NCBI GenBank assembly: GCA_964106645.2
Contig: OZ067044.1
Strand: one strand, 5' to 3'
From: Podarcis pityusensis
Lineage: Eukaryota
Length of the DNA: 64,000 bases
Shown here: in pieces, positions 12,900 through 25,689 of the stretch
Layout: each line of letters begins with the position of its first letter
How positions within the stretch are numbered: the stretch's first letter is position 1
Position numbers and translations under genes: made by a program
The notes under the pieces: generated by a model
What the model was told of the DNA's origin: nothing
Seen by the model: only the letters and a program-made list of their open reading frames with translations
Databases searched by the model: none

Positions 12900-13620
12900 G
12901 ATGTAATCAAACACTGGTACATGCTCAAATTCAAGCCTACAATGAAGAAAATGTACTTCTCCACCTCCATTGCGTCCTTGGTTTGCCATCTAACTGAGCT
13001 GTTCAGGTGGCTAAAGATTGATTACATATTGCCCCTAGGGAGGTGGTAAATCCTGTCCAGGAGTTTGAGGCTTCTCGTGGATCAATTTCTGTCAGCAGAG
13101 ACATATGTTGCCTCTGTGGTACAGACGGCCTTCCTACCAGCTTAAGCCAGTGGCCTCACTATGACCCTATCTCAACTGGGCCAACTTGGCTACAGTAATC
13201 TGTGCCCTGGGAACCTCAGGGTTAGACCACGGCAATGCACTTTATGTGGGGCTGCCTTTGAAAACAGCCCAGAAGTTTCAGTTACTGCATAAGGTGGTTG
13301 CCTGGCTGTTGACAAGCTCAAGGCGAAGAGATCATATAGCATCATTTCTGCTGCCTGTATGCTTATGAGCCCAATTCAAAGTAATGGTTTGACCTATAAA
13401 GTTGTTTACCGATGCCATCAGGACAGAAATTCACCTGGAATTTCTGTCGTGATATGAACCTACTTGGACGCTTTGGTCTTCATCTGAGGCCCTTCTCCAT
13501 GTCCCTCCTTTGAGGGAGGTTCAGAGGATGACGGTAAGGAAGAGGTCCTTTTCAGTTGTGGTTTGCTCTTTGTGGGTGCTCTTCCTAGTGAGGTCTGTTT
13601 GACACCTTCACTGATTAAAT
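12900..13620 (+). mobile_element. L2 LINE ORF2 remnant with internal deletion
   Basis: ORF 13186-13368 ATVICALGTSGLDHGNALYVGLPLKTAQKFQLLHKVVAWLLT...RRDHI is canonical L2 (LDYCNALY.GLP...LQ..QN.AARLL...R.DHI); KKMYFSTSIAS..ELFR near 12945-13010 comes from further upstream in ORF2. Confidence 0.85.
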
Positions 13621-13649
13621 GGCAGCTGTAGGACTAATTATAGTATTAT

Positions 13650-13808
13650 ATATTTATTTCACTACATTTGCATCCCACATTTCTTCTTCATAAAACCCAA
13701 GACAGCATAAATGTGGTTCCCAGCTGTGTGGTCACCCATACAGACAATGGTCAGACCAAGCCCTGCTCAGCTTCTTCAAAGTTGGCTTCAGATTATGCTC
13801 TGGAACTA
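13650..13808 (-). mobile_element. 5S rRNA-derived SINE (SINE3-type) with L2-like tail
   Basis: GGTCACCCATACAGACAATGGTCAGACCAAGCCCTGCTCAGCTTC aligns to the 5S rRNA reverse complement GGTCTCCCATCCAAGTACTAACCAGGCCCGACCCTGCTTAGCTTC; preceded by an L2-type tail (TATTTATTT..ATTTGCATCCCAC). Confidence 0.55.
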
Positions 13809-14713
13809 ATTAGACACAATGTACAAGTCTCCCATCTCATGGGATCACTTGTACTAGCTTATCTGTCTTCATCTAAAACCTTTTCAGGATGTGGTATTTT
13901 AGACTTCTCTTAAACTTGAGTCTTAGGGTATGTCTGCATTGTGGTGTTAATGGTCAGCACAGCTGAAAAATTACATTCATGGTTAATATTTGCAAATGAC
14001 TGTGAGACTGAACTTACACCAATTTATTACAAAGTCAATAATCAGCTCAGAAATGAAAAAGGTTAGTAATTATTAGATTTTCAGAGAAAAGTACTAATGT
14101 TATGACCTATCTAATATCATATAGTTACAAAAATGCCATAAAGTGATTTTTTTTTTAAAAAACCCTCTTATTTATAGTCAGTAGATGGCTTATTCGCTCA
14201 TCTTACTACTTATACTTCTATGAACTGTTAATTAATACTTTTGCAGTAATTATAGAATATTTTAAATATACATTATTCTTCTGAATTTTAAGAGGCTAGA
14301 ATTTTTTTCAAAAAAATTAATTTATAAGGATAATAGAACTGACCTTCAGTTTCATAAATTGTATAATAAAGAGGTGTTTTTTATTTAAAATCTTTACATT
14401 CTGATAGCTTTTAATAAGGAGAAGAACCTTATGGATTTTTATACTTTTTCCTGTTTTAAATCGGGTCTCAGTGGTATAAAAGAAGATTCTGTTCTCTGCC
14501 ATGAGGAGAATGCTTGTCCTTGAAAAGTGGTAAGAGGATCTTGTGTCTTCTTACTGTGTTAAGCAAAATTCCTTTATCTCCATTTTGGCTAAGTAGCACA
14601 TTAACACGTAGTCAGCCTGATGCTTGTGGGTAGAGCTTTCCATACCAAACCCAGCTGCTGATTATGTTGGGCGTACTGACATCCACAACTCCTGTTCATC
14701 CATAAGATCCTTA

Positions 14714-15122
14714 GGCTGGATCTACCTGAAGCGCCAAACTATACTCATGTGACATTCATTATATGCTCTGTTGCATCTATAGGTAGTTAAAAAGAAAAGA
14801 AAAGAAGAAAAGAAAACAAAAGTTGTATTGGCTGGAGTGACTTAAAATTAATGGGATCAGAGCAGCCTTGGAAGTGGGGATTTTACCCTTTCTTCCCCTG
14901 CAGAAACTCTTTATTCTGAAGCTCATAACTGATTTGGTACAAATATATTGTGCCAGTGGAGATCTGCTTTCCCCTCCTTTGCAAACCAGAAGAGGGGAGA
15001 TCTACAGGAATGCAGCACGGGAGGAAAGGGTTAAATTCCCTCTCTATATCTCATCTGCTCTGTTATAATTATAAGTTCCCTGTGTAATTTACATTTTTGA
15101 TCACCTTCATATAGATCCAACA
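14714..15122. mobile_element. Degenerate palindromic MITE(s)
   Basis: Outer GGCTGGATCTAC / ATAGATCCAAC ends; inner inverted arms TTTACCCTTTCTTCCCCTGC (~14882) / GCACGGGAGGAAAGGGTTAAA (~15015-15035). Confidence 0.45.
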
Positions 15123-18067
15123 GAGCATTTAATGTTACATGTAGTGGTTTTGCCGTTAAGTTGGTTGAACGTTGCTCCTATTGACATTATCAGAAGTTAG
15201 TCCAAGTTAAATTCCGTTGATTCATTAGAAACCCAGTGCAATGGGCTTGGTCTGGATAGAAGCCTCTCTGATATTGCGCTCTGGGAACCTGGATGACCTT
15301 GTGCAAAGGGGCCATCCTGGCTGGCCAAAAGAGTTAGCCTATGACCTTGCACACCTTGGGTTTTTACATAGCAGCGTCAAGTTTCTAATTGTTGCTACTC
15401 CAGACCTGAGGCATGTGGACACCGCAACAGGAAGTGTCTGCATTGCAAGGAGTGTTTTCTGAGCTGTGCAGCTGCAATGGGAAGGGGGGAAGCGTGATAG
15501 GGAGGCAGGTTTGGGTGGTTTTTCTTTTTAGTGCACACTGAAAGTCCACAAAAAAGATGAAATAGCATCTCACGAGCACAAACAGGAGTTGTTGTTTTTC
15601 CATTGCTGCCACCACCAATTTTGGGGTTTTTTTTGGGAGGGACAGATCTGCTTAAAGGGACAAAGAAAGCTGTGGTGGTTTTAAATACATAAAACCTGGG
15701 TGGTTTTTCCAGTCCTCCTTTCCTTACACACTCATCTGCTGAAAGATTTTAAATCGGTAACAGATTGAGAGGATAATTTTTTAAAATCTAAATTTGCCAT
15801 CTGAGTGGGGATTGTCTTAAACCTCTGACACCTCTCCCCACCCTGCCAGTCCTGCTATTTAAAAATAAGCAAGAGGTGCTAATGAATTTCAAGGAACTTT
15901 CTTGTACTTTGGAAACAGTTGAAACCGAATCCACTATAACAATATTCAATCTTTTGATAAGCATTCACAGTGTATTGATTCAGACATGTAGATTTCTTCA
16001 ATTTAGCTTGTTCCACAGATGTCTTCCGTTGATCTCCTAAAACTGTCCTTCTGGAAATAAACGGGGGGTCTTGGCAATGCTATTAGTTAAACCTCTGACA
16101 AATTTGGCTTTAAAATGAATATTCAATATTGAGTAATGGAACAGCACTGCTCTTACTATAAATATATCACCTTGTTCATCTAAGCTAACTACATATTAAT
16201 CATTTGCACCACTGCCAGGTTACTGGTCCAGAACAATGCTTATTTATTCCTCAGGCAATTCTCTAACTAATAAATAAATTCTGGTGTTGGTGAAGGAAAG
16301 AAAAAAAATAAAAAGGCAACCTTTTATCTGTTCCATACCACTTTTGTGAATATCAGTCATCAGCAAAATGGATGTTAAATTTGCTGTTTCTCTTCGTTCC
16401 CACTTATTTGATGCTTCCCTAAAAACTGTATGTTAGGTGATAAATTGCATCATGGACTATTACCATGCCATGTGAGCGCAATCCTGATTTCTGATAAGCT
16501 GGTAAGTCATATACTACAATAATTAAAAACAATTGTTTGTTTACATCCATATGACAACAAACAGGTTACTCACATACTTATTGACCCAATTAGTCAAATT
16601 TTACATTGTTGCATACTGATAATATTTTACTCCTTTTAAAATGAGAGGTGCTTATTACCTTTTCTTGGATTTCACAGTATTACACTTCCACTTCAGTGGC
16701 CATTCTTGCTTATGTGCACTTTCAAAAATGGTTTCAGTATCTTGAAGACGATGTGCTAAAACATCTGGTAGATCAGTAAGACAAAATTAACTAAAACACT
16801 CTGTGAGAAGGCTATGCCATGAGTGCCTGCTTTGAACTACGAACATGACTGTTCTACCAAGGGAGTAATTGGTGATAGTCTTCAGAAACCTCTGACAGAA
16901 TCCATGAAGAATCCAACTCATGGTGCACTTGTGGAGAAGACAAGGCATGTAGCATGAAACCCATTTGTAGCTTTTGAACTTGCCCTTTTTGTTACAGTAA
17001 ACTTGGTTCATTTCCATTGTCCTATGAGGAAAAAAGATCGCCATTTTAATAAATTTAATTTTATCCCATTCTATCACATTGAGTACCAATAGCATCAGGT
17101 AGGTATCTGATAAACAGTTTTGGTCACTTAATTCTGTGGAGGAAGATCTGATGATAGTGCCATATACCCCTGTGGCAAAACAGGCCAGTTCCCAAAAATT
17201 ATTTTCCTTTAGAAGGGAGGCAGGTTCCAGTTTTTTCTTTTTTGACATTTGCTTAAAGATCTTCTCCCAAGCCTTCCCAAATTAGCCTTTTTTATTCCTG
17301 CAGTTTATAATTCCTGGTGGTTTTCATGTTTTAACACTGTGTCATTATTTGTATTATGTTTTATATAGGGATGGCCTGGCCTGTTTCACAGCCTGAGGTG
17401 AAACAGGAAGGTGCTTCCCCGCCTTCGCCTCGCTTACTGGGGTTGTGCGTTATAGTATATTTCTATGCACCACTCACATATTTTTTGAATGCAGAGTGGT
17501 TTATAAATTCTGATATAAATAAATAATTTTCCTCAGTTAAATCCGAAACATATTGATTTGTTTGTGTTTATAATTCTGCTCATGTACAAATTGAAGGACA
17601 CTCCTACTATCATATTATGCATACACTTTGGTATGTGGTGAACAAGATAAGGCCGTTCTGGTGCCTTAAAGCCAGAATGTCTCCTGATACAATGAGGCAA
17701 CTCTTTGGTGCAAGATTAGCTGCAGGTCTCTAATTGCCACAATAGTATTTCATGTGGGAAGCCAGAATGAAGTGTGCGATAATGTGGGGAATAACTATAG
17801 ACCCTTTTTACTTGTGTCGCCCCTTCATGTGAAGAAAAGTGGAATAGGGCTTTAGAAATCCAAATATGATGGGATTGTATTCTTAGGTTTATCGTACTTC
17901 ATCTTTAAAAAACTGGCTTTTTTATCATTTGCAGGCCATGTTATCTTATCGCATTTGCTATCTTGCTCCTGCCATTTTTTATTTTTTTTTAGAATTGCAT
18001 AATCTTCTGTACATTCTGTAGTAATGGAAATAGATCCGATAATTTAGGCTGTGAACCTGCGCTGATA

Positions 18068-18084
18068 AGGTCAACACAAGTTCA
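18068..18084 (+). promoter_or_regulatory. Perfect DR5 retinoic-acid response element candidate
   Basis: AGGTCA-acaca-AGTTCA; an extra reverse half-site TGAACC at 18052-18057; in non-repetitive sequence. Confidence 0.45.
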
Positions 18085-18776
18085 GTGAGATATAGCAAGC
18101 AAATGTGTGTATGTTAACCAGATGATAAGGTGAAACCTTTGGGGCACAAGCCTCAGCTACTTACATGCAAGTAATATCATTCCATGATATTGTGACCGGA
18201 AAGTGACGCCACCATCCATAAACGAGTTACTTTGCTTTTCTTACCTGAGAATCTTTTCTACAGTGTTTTGAGTGTTTTCCTCACATTTTAATTATTAAAA
18301 ATGCTACATGCAATGTTGAAATTGCAGTTATTATTTTCCAAATGTATACTAAAATGATTGTCTTCGTAGTGGATATCACAGAGAAATATTGGCTACAATG
18401 GCAATGTCTTGCCTAAGCCTTTTTACACAAACATATTTAGCAAGTGACTAAAATCTGAGCAGAAAGCTCATCTTGAAAGCCTCCTTAATTAAAAATTAAA
18501 CGATGAATTAAAACTTAAATTATGCAAAACTAATGAGCTACATTATGAAAACCAACAATTAGTGCACTACAATATATGCAAGAGAAGTGCTAACATTTTT
18601 GGACGTTTTTTATTTTTTATTTATTTTAAACTCCATTGCACACTGTTCTTGGAAATCCTTCATCCTAAAGCTCCTTTGTATATCTGAATTAAGATATAAA
18701 TCAGTGATTTAAGATTTGCAATGTTTACTAAACGCATCAAAGATTTAAAACATGGGTAATAAAAATGAATCTTTTT

Positions 18777-18793
18777 GAAAAGAAAGAAATAAA

Positions 18794-18833
<40 letters not shown>

Positions 18834-18835
18834 AA
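18777..18835. repeat. (GAAA)n microsatellite
   Basis: Directly visible. Confidence 0.95.
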
Positions 18836-18903
18836 TGGAGTAGGGTGGGGAATAAAGATCCAATTGGTTTTCAATTAAAGAAACATCACATTTGTGTGTG
18901 TGT

Positions 18904-18919
18904 GGTTCAGATCAGGTCA
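18904..18919 (+). promoter_or_regulatory. Perfect DR4 nuclear-receptor element candidate
   Basis: GGTTCA-gatc-AGGTCA. Confidence 0.3.
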
Positions 18920-19431
18920 TCATGTCACCTAGCACAAATCAATAGACTAAGAATGGGCTCATTGACAAAAGTTGTAATTTAACTTACTGCTCTAATTCTC
19001 TCAAACAGAGATTTCTATACTTGCTGATATAGGAGCTCACTAATTGCAGATACAGAGATTCTGAGCAATGAATTTATATATTCATGAGTTTTCTAGGGAT
19101 CATCAAAGGGGCACTATTAAATTGTACATCCATCTTGAAGCTCCTCTGCAAATATAGTGTACTAAGTATTGAGCTTCTGGTGGTGGATTTTCAAATCTGA
19201 TTAGCCTAAGGGGATATTAGAAGATGGTATTCTAGCTACCTCTGTATCCTGTTGGCCATTTCTTCTTATGTTCAAGTAGAAATGCTTTCAGAACTTGATG
19301 TCTGAGCAACTAAATTAAGCCTACAGCCTTGTTTTGGGATTGCTTTGGCCACTTAGTCTAGCAGATAATGTCTGCCACTGGATTAAAGAAATGTGGCACT
19401 TCAATTCAGTGTTCTATGCCCAGACTCAGAA

Positions 19432-19641
19432 GGGTTGGATCCAGATTCGCCATTCTGTGAATGGAAGGGCAATGAGATCCTGCAGAGGCTCTCCACTTGG
19501 GGAAAGGAGTTGATCTTTGCTTATTTCTCCTTATATCTGGTGCCGTAGAACAGTTATCCACAAAGAAAGGACAGAAGGAGCAATAGGCAAAATAGACTCA
19601 CTCCCTTTTCTCTTCTTTGACCACAACTCTAGATACAACAC
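19432..19641. mobile_element. Palindromic MITE (GGGTTGGATCCA-type ends)
   Basis: GGGTTGGATCCAGA ... TCTAGATACAACAC imperfect TIRs; internal arms TTTGCTTATTTCTCCTT / AAGGAGCAATAGGCAAA. Confidence 0.55.
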
Positions 19642-19927
19642 AGACTGACCACAATGAAGACTCTTATTGCTGCTTTCTTGATGAAACAGATAGATTGAGG
19701 ATGGGCAGTGAATTTATCAGGCACATTTCAATAATTTCAAGTGATGATTGAGATATTAAATCCATCAGAAAAGACAAGTATGATGTGCTGACATTTCAAA
19801 TAATATGTGCAGTTGGTAGATGGGCATTGTGCAGCATAACTCAGATCAGCTGTTTAGCTCATGAATAGAGTGCTCCAAGATGCTGGTACATCTTAGTGAA
19901 GAAGAGGAAAAAGTTTACCTTGAGGTA

Positions 19928-20252
19928 CACTGAGCCTCTTGGGACTTGCCTATGGGAAGGTCGGCAGTTCGAATTTGTGCGACAGGGTGAGCTCTGGTTG
20001 CTCTATCCCAGCTCCTACCAACCTAGCAATTTGAAAGCATGCCAGTGCAAGTAGATAAATAGGTACCACTGTGGCAGGAAGGTAAACAGCGTTTCTGTGC
20101 GCTCTGGCACTTGTCACAATGGCCCATTGCACCAGAAATGGTTTAGTCATGCCGACCACAAGACCCAGAAAGCTGTCTGTGGACTGTTGGCTCCCTTGGC
20201 CTGAAGTGAGATGAGCGCCGCACCCCATAGTCGCCTTTGACTGGACTTAACC
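19928..20252 (+). mobile_element. Sauria SINE, older subfamily, both ends eroded
   Basis: B-box GGCAGTTCGAAT, core GTGCAAGTAGATAAATAGGTACC, and GAGATGAGCGCCGCACCCC...GACTGGACTTAAC. Confidence 0.9.
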
Positions 20253-21474
20253 TTTTTTGAAATGTAACTAAATACATGTTTTTCAGTTGTTTTAACCAAA
20301 AAGTGTGATTGGCAAAAATAGTAGATGACTTATTTTTCTGTGTAGAAAAGTAAATAACATTTTAGAGAAAAAGTGATGCTAGTAGTTAACAAATTACTTC
20401 AAAAGGTGTGGAACAAGCCACGGTTGAAGCTCTATTTTTATTTTATTAGCATTCAACAAACAAAAAAAGGGAAGAACTGGACATGTTTCATGAAATCTAG
20501 AGACTACTTATTATTAATTTGAATTTGAATAAAAATGGTAATATAGGAAAAATCCAGTGCTTTTTAAAAGGGATTTTCACTGGTGCGTAATGAACTCAAA
20601 AGGGCACTTTTAACCATGCAAAAAAGCACTTTTAAACTTTCATAAAATACAATTTACATAATGCATGCATACTATGACAACTGTAGTTTAATATTAAATA
20701 TGATTAAAGAAATTTAGCACTTGCATATAATGCTTTTCTCCATTCAGTTCTTACACTTTTAGCAGTTAGAACAATTCCATTTTCTGAATACTCCTTTTGC
20801 TGTATTATTACCACTGTTTATGGGCAACATACAAATTATTTCAGTTCCAGAATTAGAAAGAAGTAAAGCTCACATCAAGCCTTATGACTTGGCAATGATT
20901 TACTCTCTTTTCATTGGATACCTCTTTTTGCACAGCCAAGCTGGTCAGTTTGCCATTATTCTGAAGCCATGAGTCTAATTCTTGTCCGAGGAGAGTGATT
21001 TGTCCTTGTATTTTATTGTATTCTTGTATTCTCTGCTTTGTTTCAGGAGTATTGCCCCTTTCTCTTTTTCACTAATCACAATGATACTGGCTGAAGGGAG
21101 CTTGGCAAAAAAAACTTGCTAATTTACCACATTTTGCAGCAGCCTGTTGCATTCCTTTAGCATTTGGCCTCCTGCAAAAACATTTCCCCAGAGTCTCTTA
21201 GGCTGCTTGACTACTCTCACAGCTCCTGCTAAAACCTTGACCCTCCTGTCTTTCACATATAGGAAGAGTATGCTGAGGTGCTTGCTTGTATTCTGGTTGC
21301 CTCTTGGATTCCAGTACAATCTTCAGGGCTGCAACATCAGTAAGAAAAAAGGGGCTTTGCAAAGGATTCCGGGAATGCACGAATTATACAAGGAACCCCA
21401 GAGTAGATGCAAAAAACCTAACTGTCCTCTTCCACTTGAACTGCAGTATACTCTCTTGTATACAGAAGACAATA

Positions 21475-21820
21475 GGGACGCGGGTGGCACTGTGGTCTAA
21501 ACCACTGAGCCTCTCACGACGGGGTGAGCTCCTGTTGCTCGGTCCCAGCTCCTGGCAACTTAGCAGTTCAAAAACATGTCAAAAAGTGCAAGTAGATAAA
21601 TAGGTACCACTCTGGTGGGAAGGTAAACTGTGTTTCTGTGCTTCTCTGGTTTCGGTGTTCCATTGTGCCCGAAGCGGCTTAGTCATGCTGGCCACATGAC
21701 CTGGAAAAACTGTCTGCGGACAAATGCCGGCTCCCTCGGCCTGTAAAGTGAGATGAATGCCACAACCCCAGTCGTCTGCGATTGGACTTAACTGTCAGGG
21801 GTCCTTTACCTTTACCTTTT
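21475..21820 (+). mobile_element. Sauria SINE with 13-bp TSD and internal B-box deletion
   Basis: Starts GGGACGCGGGTGGCACTG, ends (ACCTTT)n; TSD TATACAGAAGACA at 21459-21471 and 21821-21833. Confidence 0.95.
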
Positions 21821-24034
21821 TATACAGAAGACATGATTAAATTACCCCCTGCCCAATCCCACAACCCCTCTAGCATCAGAAGCAATACAAAAGCATGGGT
21901 ATAAGGAATTTTTCCAGACTCTTTTCTGTCTATTTCCTATTCCAAGATAGAAAGTTACTCAAGTGGACAATTAATCTATTGGTTTTCATCACATTTAACA
22001 TTCAAGCTTGCTTTTATTTCAGAGGAGTCCTGTCATCTCAGTTGACATTCACAGCTCCATTATTTATTGTGGGCCCTCAGATAAGGTCCCATTGTTTTCA
22101 GTTGGCATTCTAGTCCTTTATTTTAGTGTGCCCCTTGTCTACATGGTGCTCTGAACAATATGCTTTGGGGAGGACAGTATGAAGAGGGCACTTGAGGGGT
22201 GGAAGGATGTGAGTTTATTCAGAAGGGGCACAGGGTGGGTCAGATGGCCAGTGGAACAAAGGGAGCCATACCTTCATTTTGAAAAAAGAAGCTGTAAACA
22301 GAAATTACAGTTTACTGTAAGGTAAACTTAGAGCTCACCTATGCGGAAATCATGAGGGCTAGAGGGGAATTCCTCCACAATTTTTCTTTCTTTTTAAAAA
22401 TACCCCAGCAACAGCTGAACATATTCCAGGAAATCTAAAAATTACCTATTAATTTTTTGAATTTGAATAAAAATGTAATCAATATTCTTTCCATGGAATC
22501 TGGACAAAATTTCATAAAATCTGGGCAGGAGCCTATTTTCCCAGTGTCTGTGGTAGAAAAATCTCACACTACACAGTTCTCTTGTTTCAAGTAAACTTGA
22601 GTACAGCTGATAACAAAATAAGAAACCACAAAGCATTAGAATGCTTTGATCCTGATTTTAACCCGTGTCATAAGATGAACACCACTTTGCAAACTCTGTT
22701 TATGAGGTCCTCTTGATTGGGGGCTGTTATACGCTCTTCAATGGTAAGATACAGGACGCAGCAGTGGGTCTCTCCTTTATTTCTGAACCACTGCTAAGCA
22801 GTTTGAATTAGAATATAAGGTGTGTGAAAAAGAGAGACTTACTGGATACACCTAATGTTCTATGTGCCTGAATGGCACTAAGCCAGCTGTTTAGGTGGCA
22901 TACCAGGTTTTCCTGGAGTAAATATATTATTTGTGAAAGATCCATGTTAGCCCAGAGTACAGTGTAACATTTCAAAGCCTTCAACAGTCTCCCCAGGAGG
23001 TGGTAGTTGTGGAGGCATAATGGGTATCAGCATCTTCAACTGTCAGTTCCTTTCCTCTTGTCTGTCATGACTATTTACTTCTGATCATACCATCTGACAC
23101 TTCTATGCCACAACAGAAAGCCTAACCAGCAAAGGATAAGGAAGACATTGGGTTCATGGTTTCTTGTTATGTCACAACAGGCAGCTGGCAACTCATTAAC
23201 ACCATGTGGGGGTGTAAAAAATAACAGTGTGTTAAGAATAGTGCCTACAGGCACTGTATATAAGGGAAACCCATAGTATACACTGAAATCAGATGAGCAG
23301 TTGACTGAAAAGAGTGGTGTGGGTTGTCTGTCTGCTTCTCTCTCTCCGCCCCGCTTCTCTTTGCTTGAGAAATGAGTGTTTGCAGTAGTGTAAAATGCAT
23401 GGTAAGAACGTCATTTCCTGAACATTATTATGAAAATTAGTGGTACCAATTATGAAGGCAAATGTATTTAATTTGTCATTTGTACATTTCCAAATGCTTC
23501 ACCTGTGCTGCTGTTCCAGACTGTAAAGAATGAAGAAAGGCTGGAGCACGGACTTTTTACCTGCTCTGCTGTTTGTTGTGGTTTGCCCTGGTTTGTAATC
23601 TCTAAATGAGAAGAAAAGAGAGAAATCTATTATCTCAATGTCAGTTGACATGATATTCAAAAACCAAGGCAATAACAAAACTCCAAAAATAAATTCAAGT
23701 CATGGAGGCGAGCTACCTTCTCCAGCAATTAGAAACTGAGGAGGAAACCGCAAGGGTAGCCTGGAAGTCAGATTTGTATCATGACTGGCCCCATATCAGA
23801 GCTGTAAAATAAATGATGGTTTCATCATAAGACTGCTGTTAAAATTATCCTGGGCCCTAGGTTTCGTAAGTGAATGCATTTGCTGTAGGAAAATACATGA
23901 TTTTTGTATAAAATGGAAGCTCTTCATTCTCTGTAATCTTCAATGTTTACAAAACTGGACTAGTCCACGTTACTCCATTTTAAGCGCTTTTGCACTTGTT
24001 CAGACAAAAAAGAACACTCTGTTTATAACAATAT

Positions 24035-24480
24035 AATATTTATTTGTATCCTACGCTGCTACTCAGTGCACCCAAGGGGCATGCAACAAAACTGTAAGTC
24101 CATATCACTAATCAACAATTTCTAAAACAATAATAAAAATATGCAGGCTGTGGCATATTTCAGGTCCACCTGAAAATGGCACAAGACCCACTGTATATGA
24201 GAAACACTGCTATACGGGATCAAACAGCCTGTTGAATAACTTGGTCCTAAGCCACTGATGGCTTTATAGGCTAGACCCAGTTTTCAGTTTGACTTCAGAA
24301 AAATCAGGCCATATCATAAATATTTTTAACACCATTATTTACAAAAGAAGTACACCTTTGAATGTTAGGTGGTGAAGCTTACCACCATTCTATGCAATTT
24401 GTTCATAGCATCTGGTAGTCTCAGAATATGTAGAGTTGATACAGCAAGTAACAATTGGTAGACCATGGCTAATGACTGCT
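24035..24480 (-). mobile_element. Old L2 LINE 3' remnant
   Basis: TATTTATTTGTATCC tail, A-rich UTR, then GGTCCTAAGCC..GGCTTTATAGG characteristic of reverse-complemented L2 ORF2 end. Confidence 0.45.
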
Positions 24481-24599
24481 ATTATATCTATTTGCCCTCT
24501 GTATAATCACAATTTATTGTTTTGAATTTTGTTCCTCAAAATTTCTCATATTTATTGTCCCTTGTGTAATTTCCTACTCTTCTCCTTTTGCCCTTTCTT

Positions 24600-24930
24600 A
24601 CCTTAGGGAGGGCCTGTTCCTATTATCCAAGTTGCTAACTTGTCCACCATTTCACATGCTGTCCTTTCAATTCCCTTTATAATTTTGTATATTGCAGTTA
24701 GGTCTCTCTTTAATTTTCTCCTTTTCCAAGGACTTCACCTCTGCCATAGTTTCTTTAACCTTTTGGACTTCCTAAGTTTCTAGAGTCTTCTATCACTCTG
24801 GCTGTTCTCTGATGTTCCTTCTCAAATTCCTTTAGTGTCCTTTTTTGTAATAAGGTGCCTAGGTCTGTATTTCAAATGTTTGGCCTCAGTAGTCCTGTAT
24901 ATACTGCTAGAATAATCTCCTCTGACTTAA
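24600..24930 (-). mobile_element. Ancient CR1 LINE ORF2 C-terminal remnant
   Basis: Minus-strand frameshifted translation gives KRLKKL...KRRKLKRDLTAIYKIIKGI, matching CR1 ERLKELG.FSLEKRRLRGDLI.VYKI.KG. Confidence 0.65.
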
Positions 24931-25689
24931 ATGCGACAAGCAGGTCAGTCTTTTAAAGGCTGCGGGGCAATTGTGTTGACCCTGGGTTGTATTGCCCTTT
25001 CAGACTGCTGACAATGGAACACCCTGAAATGACGGTCAGCTTCCATGAGGGCACTGATAATAAAAATTCTTTATTCTGTCATTTCTAATGGGGCAATAAA
25101 GTGGTTTGGTTTGGTGATGATGTCATCAATATTGGTGTGTGTGTGTTGTCTTTGTACAATATCTGCCCATATTATATGGATAAATATTTCACAGATTTGT
25201 ATGTAGCACTTTCCAGAAGTTACTTTTCATAGATGATTCCTTTCTTGTAACCAGAAAAGTAAGATTTTCAACAATTGCTGTGCAATGAAAAATTAACAAA
25301 ATGATTTTTAAGGGGCTCTGATTTGAACTATTACATGCAAAATAAATGATTATATCTAAGAAAGCATATCCTTTTACTTAAATAGTAAACGGCAAGCTAT
25401 TTTTTCACTAATAATTTTAGCAGGTGTAATTTTAAAAAAATTCTCTTGCAAATTAAAACAAAGATACACAGAAAACATGAAAACAGCATTGATAGACCAA
25501 TAATAATGTGATGGGTTTGCAGAAGTATGTCACATTTTACTGAATAATCAATGGAGCTTCTTTATATGGCAAGATCCCTTTGCCTCTTACCAAAACGAAG
25601 AAGCCTGCTTTGGGTCGTTACAACAGCAGTGATGTCAGGTGGCATGTTCTCAGGCATGTTGCCCCAGCAGTGAGTTGTGGCAGATTTCA

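Noticed and set aside
16787-17248. 153-aa minus-strand ORF
   Set aside because: No recognisable homology or convincing exon boundaries; length compatible with chance.
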